Positions 63,589 to 64,000 of a stretch of 64,000 nt of DNA are shown here, one piece after another. Both the position numbers and the translations under genes were made by a program. The notes below the pieces were generated by a model. The model was not told the origin of the DNA and did no database searches. It saw only the letters and a list, made by a program, of their open reading frames with translations. Position 1 is the first letter of the stretch. Each line of letters begins with the position of its first letter. This DNA is from a virus: the IMG/VR virus record IMGVR_UViG_3300021256_000064, positions 64,001 through 128,000 of that record. One strand, given 5' to 3'.

Positions 63589-64000
63589 TACCAGTTGAAC
63601 CAAAACCGCCATCTCCACGTTCTGTTTCAGATAAATTATCTGTTTCATAAAAATCCATTTCAATATAAGGAAGAAGAATCATTTGAGCAATTCGTTCTTG
63701 AGGTACGATAGTTTGAACTTCATCTGTATCATTATGAATAGCTACAATATACTATCCACGATAATCACTATCACATACACCTACACAATTTGCAGGGCGA
63801 AGACCTTGCTTTGCGGCGATGCCTGATCTGGCGAAGATTGCTGCAAAAGTTCTTTCAGGTAACTCAAAAGAAAGACCTGTTCCAATTTTCATTGTAGAAT
63901 GAGGTAAAATATAAACAGTATCATCGGTTGCTGCATACAAATCATATCCCGCTGCATATTCACTTCCTCTTGTGGGAAGTTTAGCAAGATTATTAAGTTT
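63589..64000 (-). CDS. dut: dUTPase (C-terminal part; N-terminus beyond window) with one in-frame TAG at the conserved residue after DSDYRG
   Basis: RSGIAAKQGLRPANCVGVCDSDYRG-TAG-YIVAIHN...RGDGGFGSTGKQ* (motifs 3 and 5). Confidence 0.75.

Noticed and set aside
1-64000. Integrated prophage / mobile element boundaries
   Set aside because: No integrase, attachment-site-like direct repeats or host genes; compositionally uniform phage DNA across the window.

Overview
This window looks like a 64 kb slice of a lytic, low-GC (about 30%) tailed dsDNA phage genome. Its promoters are close to perfect sigma70/sigmaA consensus (TTGACA-N17/18-TATAAT, often with an extended TGn -10), which suggests a Firmicute-like host. 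Layout: (1) 1-3600 and 4987-5135, minus strand, a tRNA array that includes an amber-suppressor tRNA with anticodon CUA. (2) 3800-13200 and 16600-35800, minus strand, a long run of small early/accessory genes, almost every one with its own consensus promoter and a conserved RBS leader; these include a phage sigma-70 factor, an SprT-like protease, a DnaQ-like exonuclease, a HAD phosphatase, a SLOG/DUF1273-like protein and four paralogous winged-helix-like proteins. (3) 13260-16600, a plus-strand, C-depleted island carrying nested palindromes and small membrane peptides. (4) 32340-33290, a noncoding iteron array plus an AT-rich tract, which I read as a candidate replication origin. (5) 35900-63540, plus strand, the late structural/packaging operon (terminase large subunit, portal, scaffold, major capsid, repeat-rich tail fibres, and two giant paralogous tail proteins with C-terminal SGNH esterase domains). 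(6) 63589-64000, minus strand, a partial dUTPase. The central observation is that TAG is read as a sense codon throughout the late operon and in some early genes: the long late genes are interrupted only by in-frame TAG and terminate at TAA or TGA, so the supplied ORF track fragments them, and the phage carries its own tRNA(CUA). A second unusual layer is a family of at least nine plus-strand units of the form operator inverted repeat, consensus promoter, GC-rich hairpin, terminator, embedded antisense at the 3' ends of minus-strand early genes.
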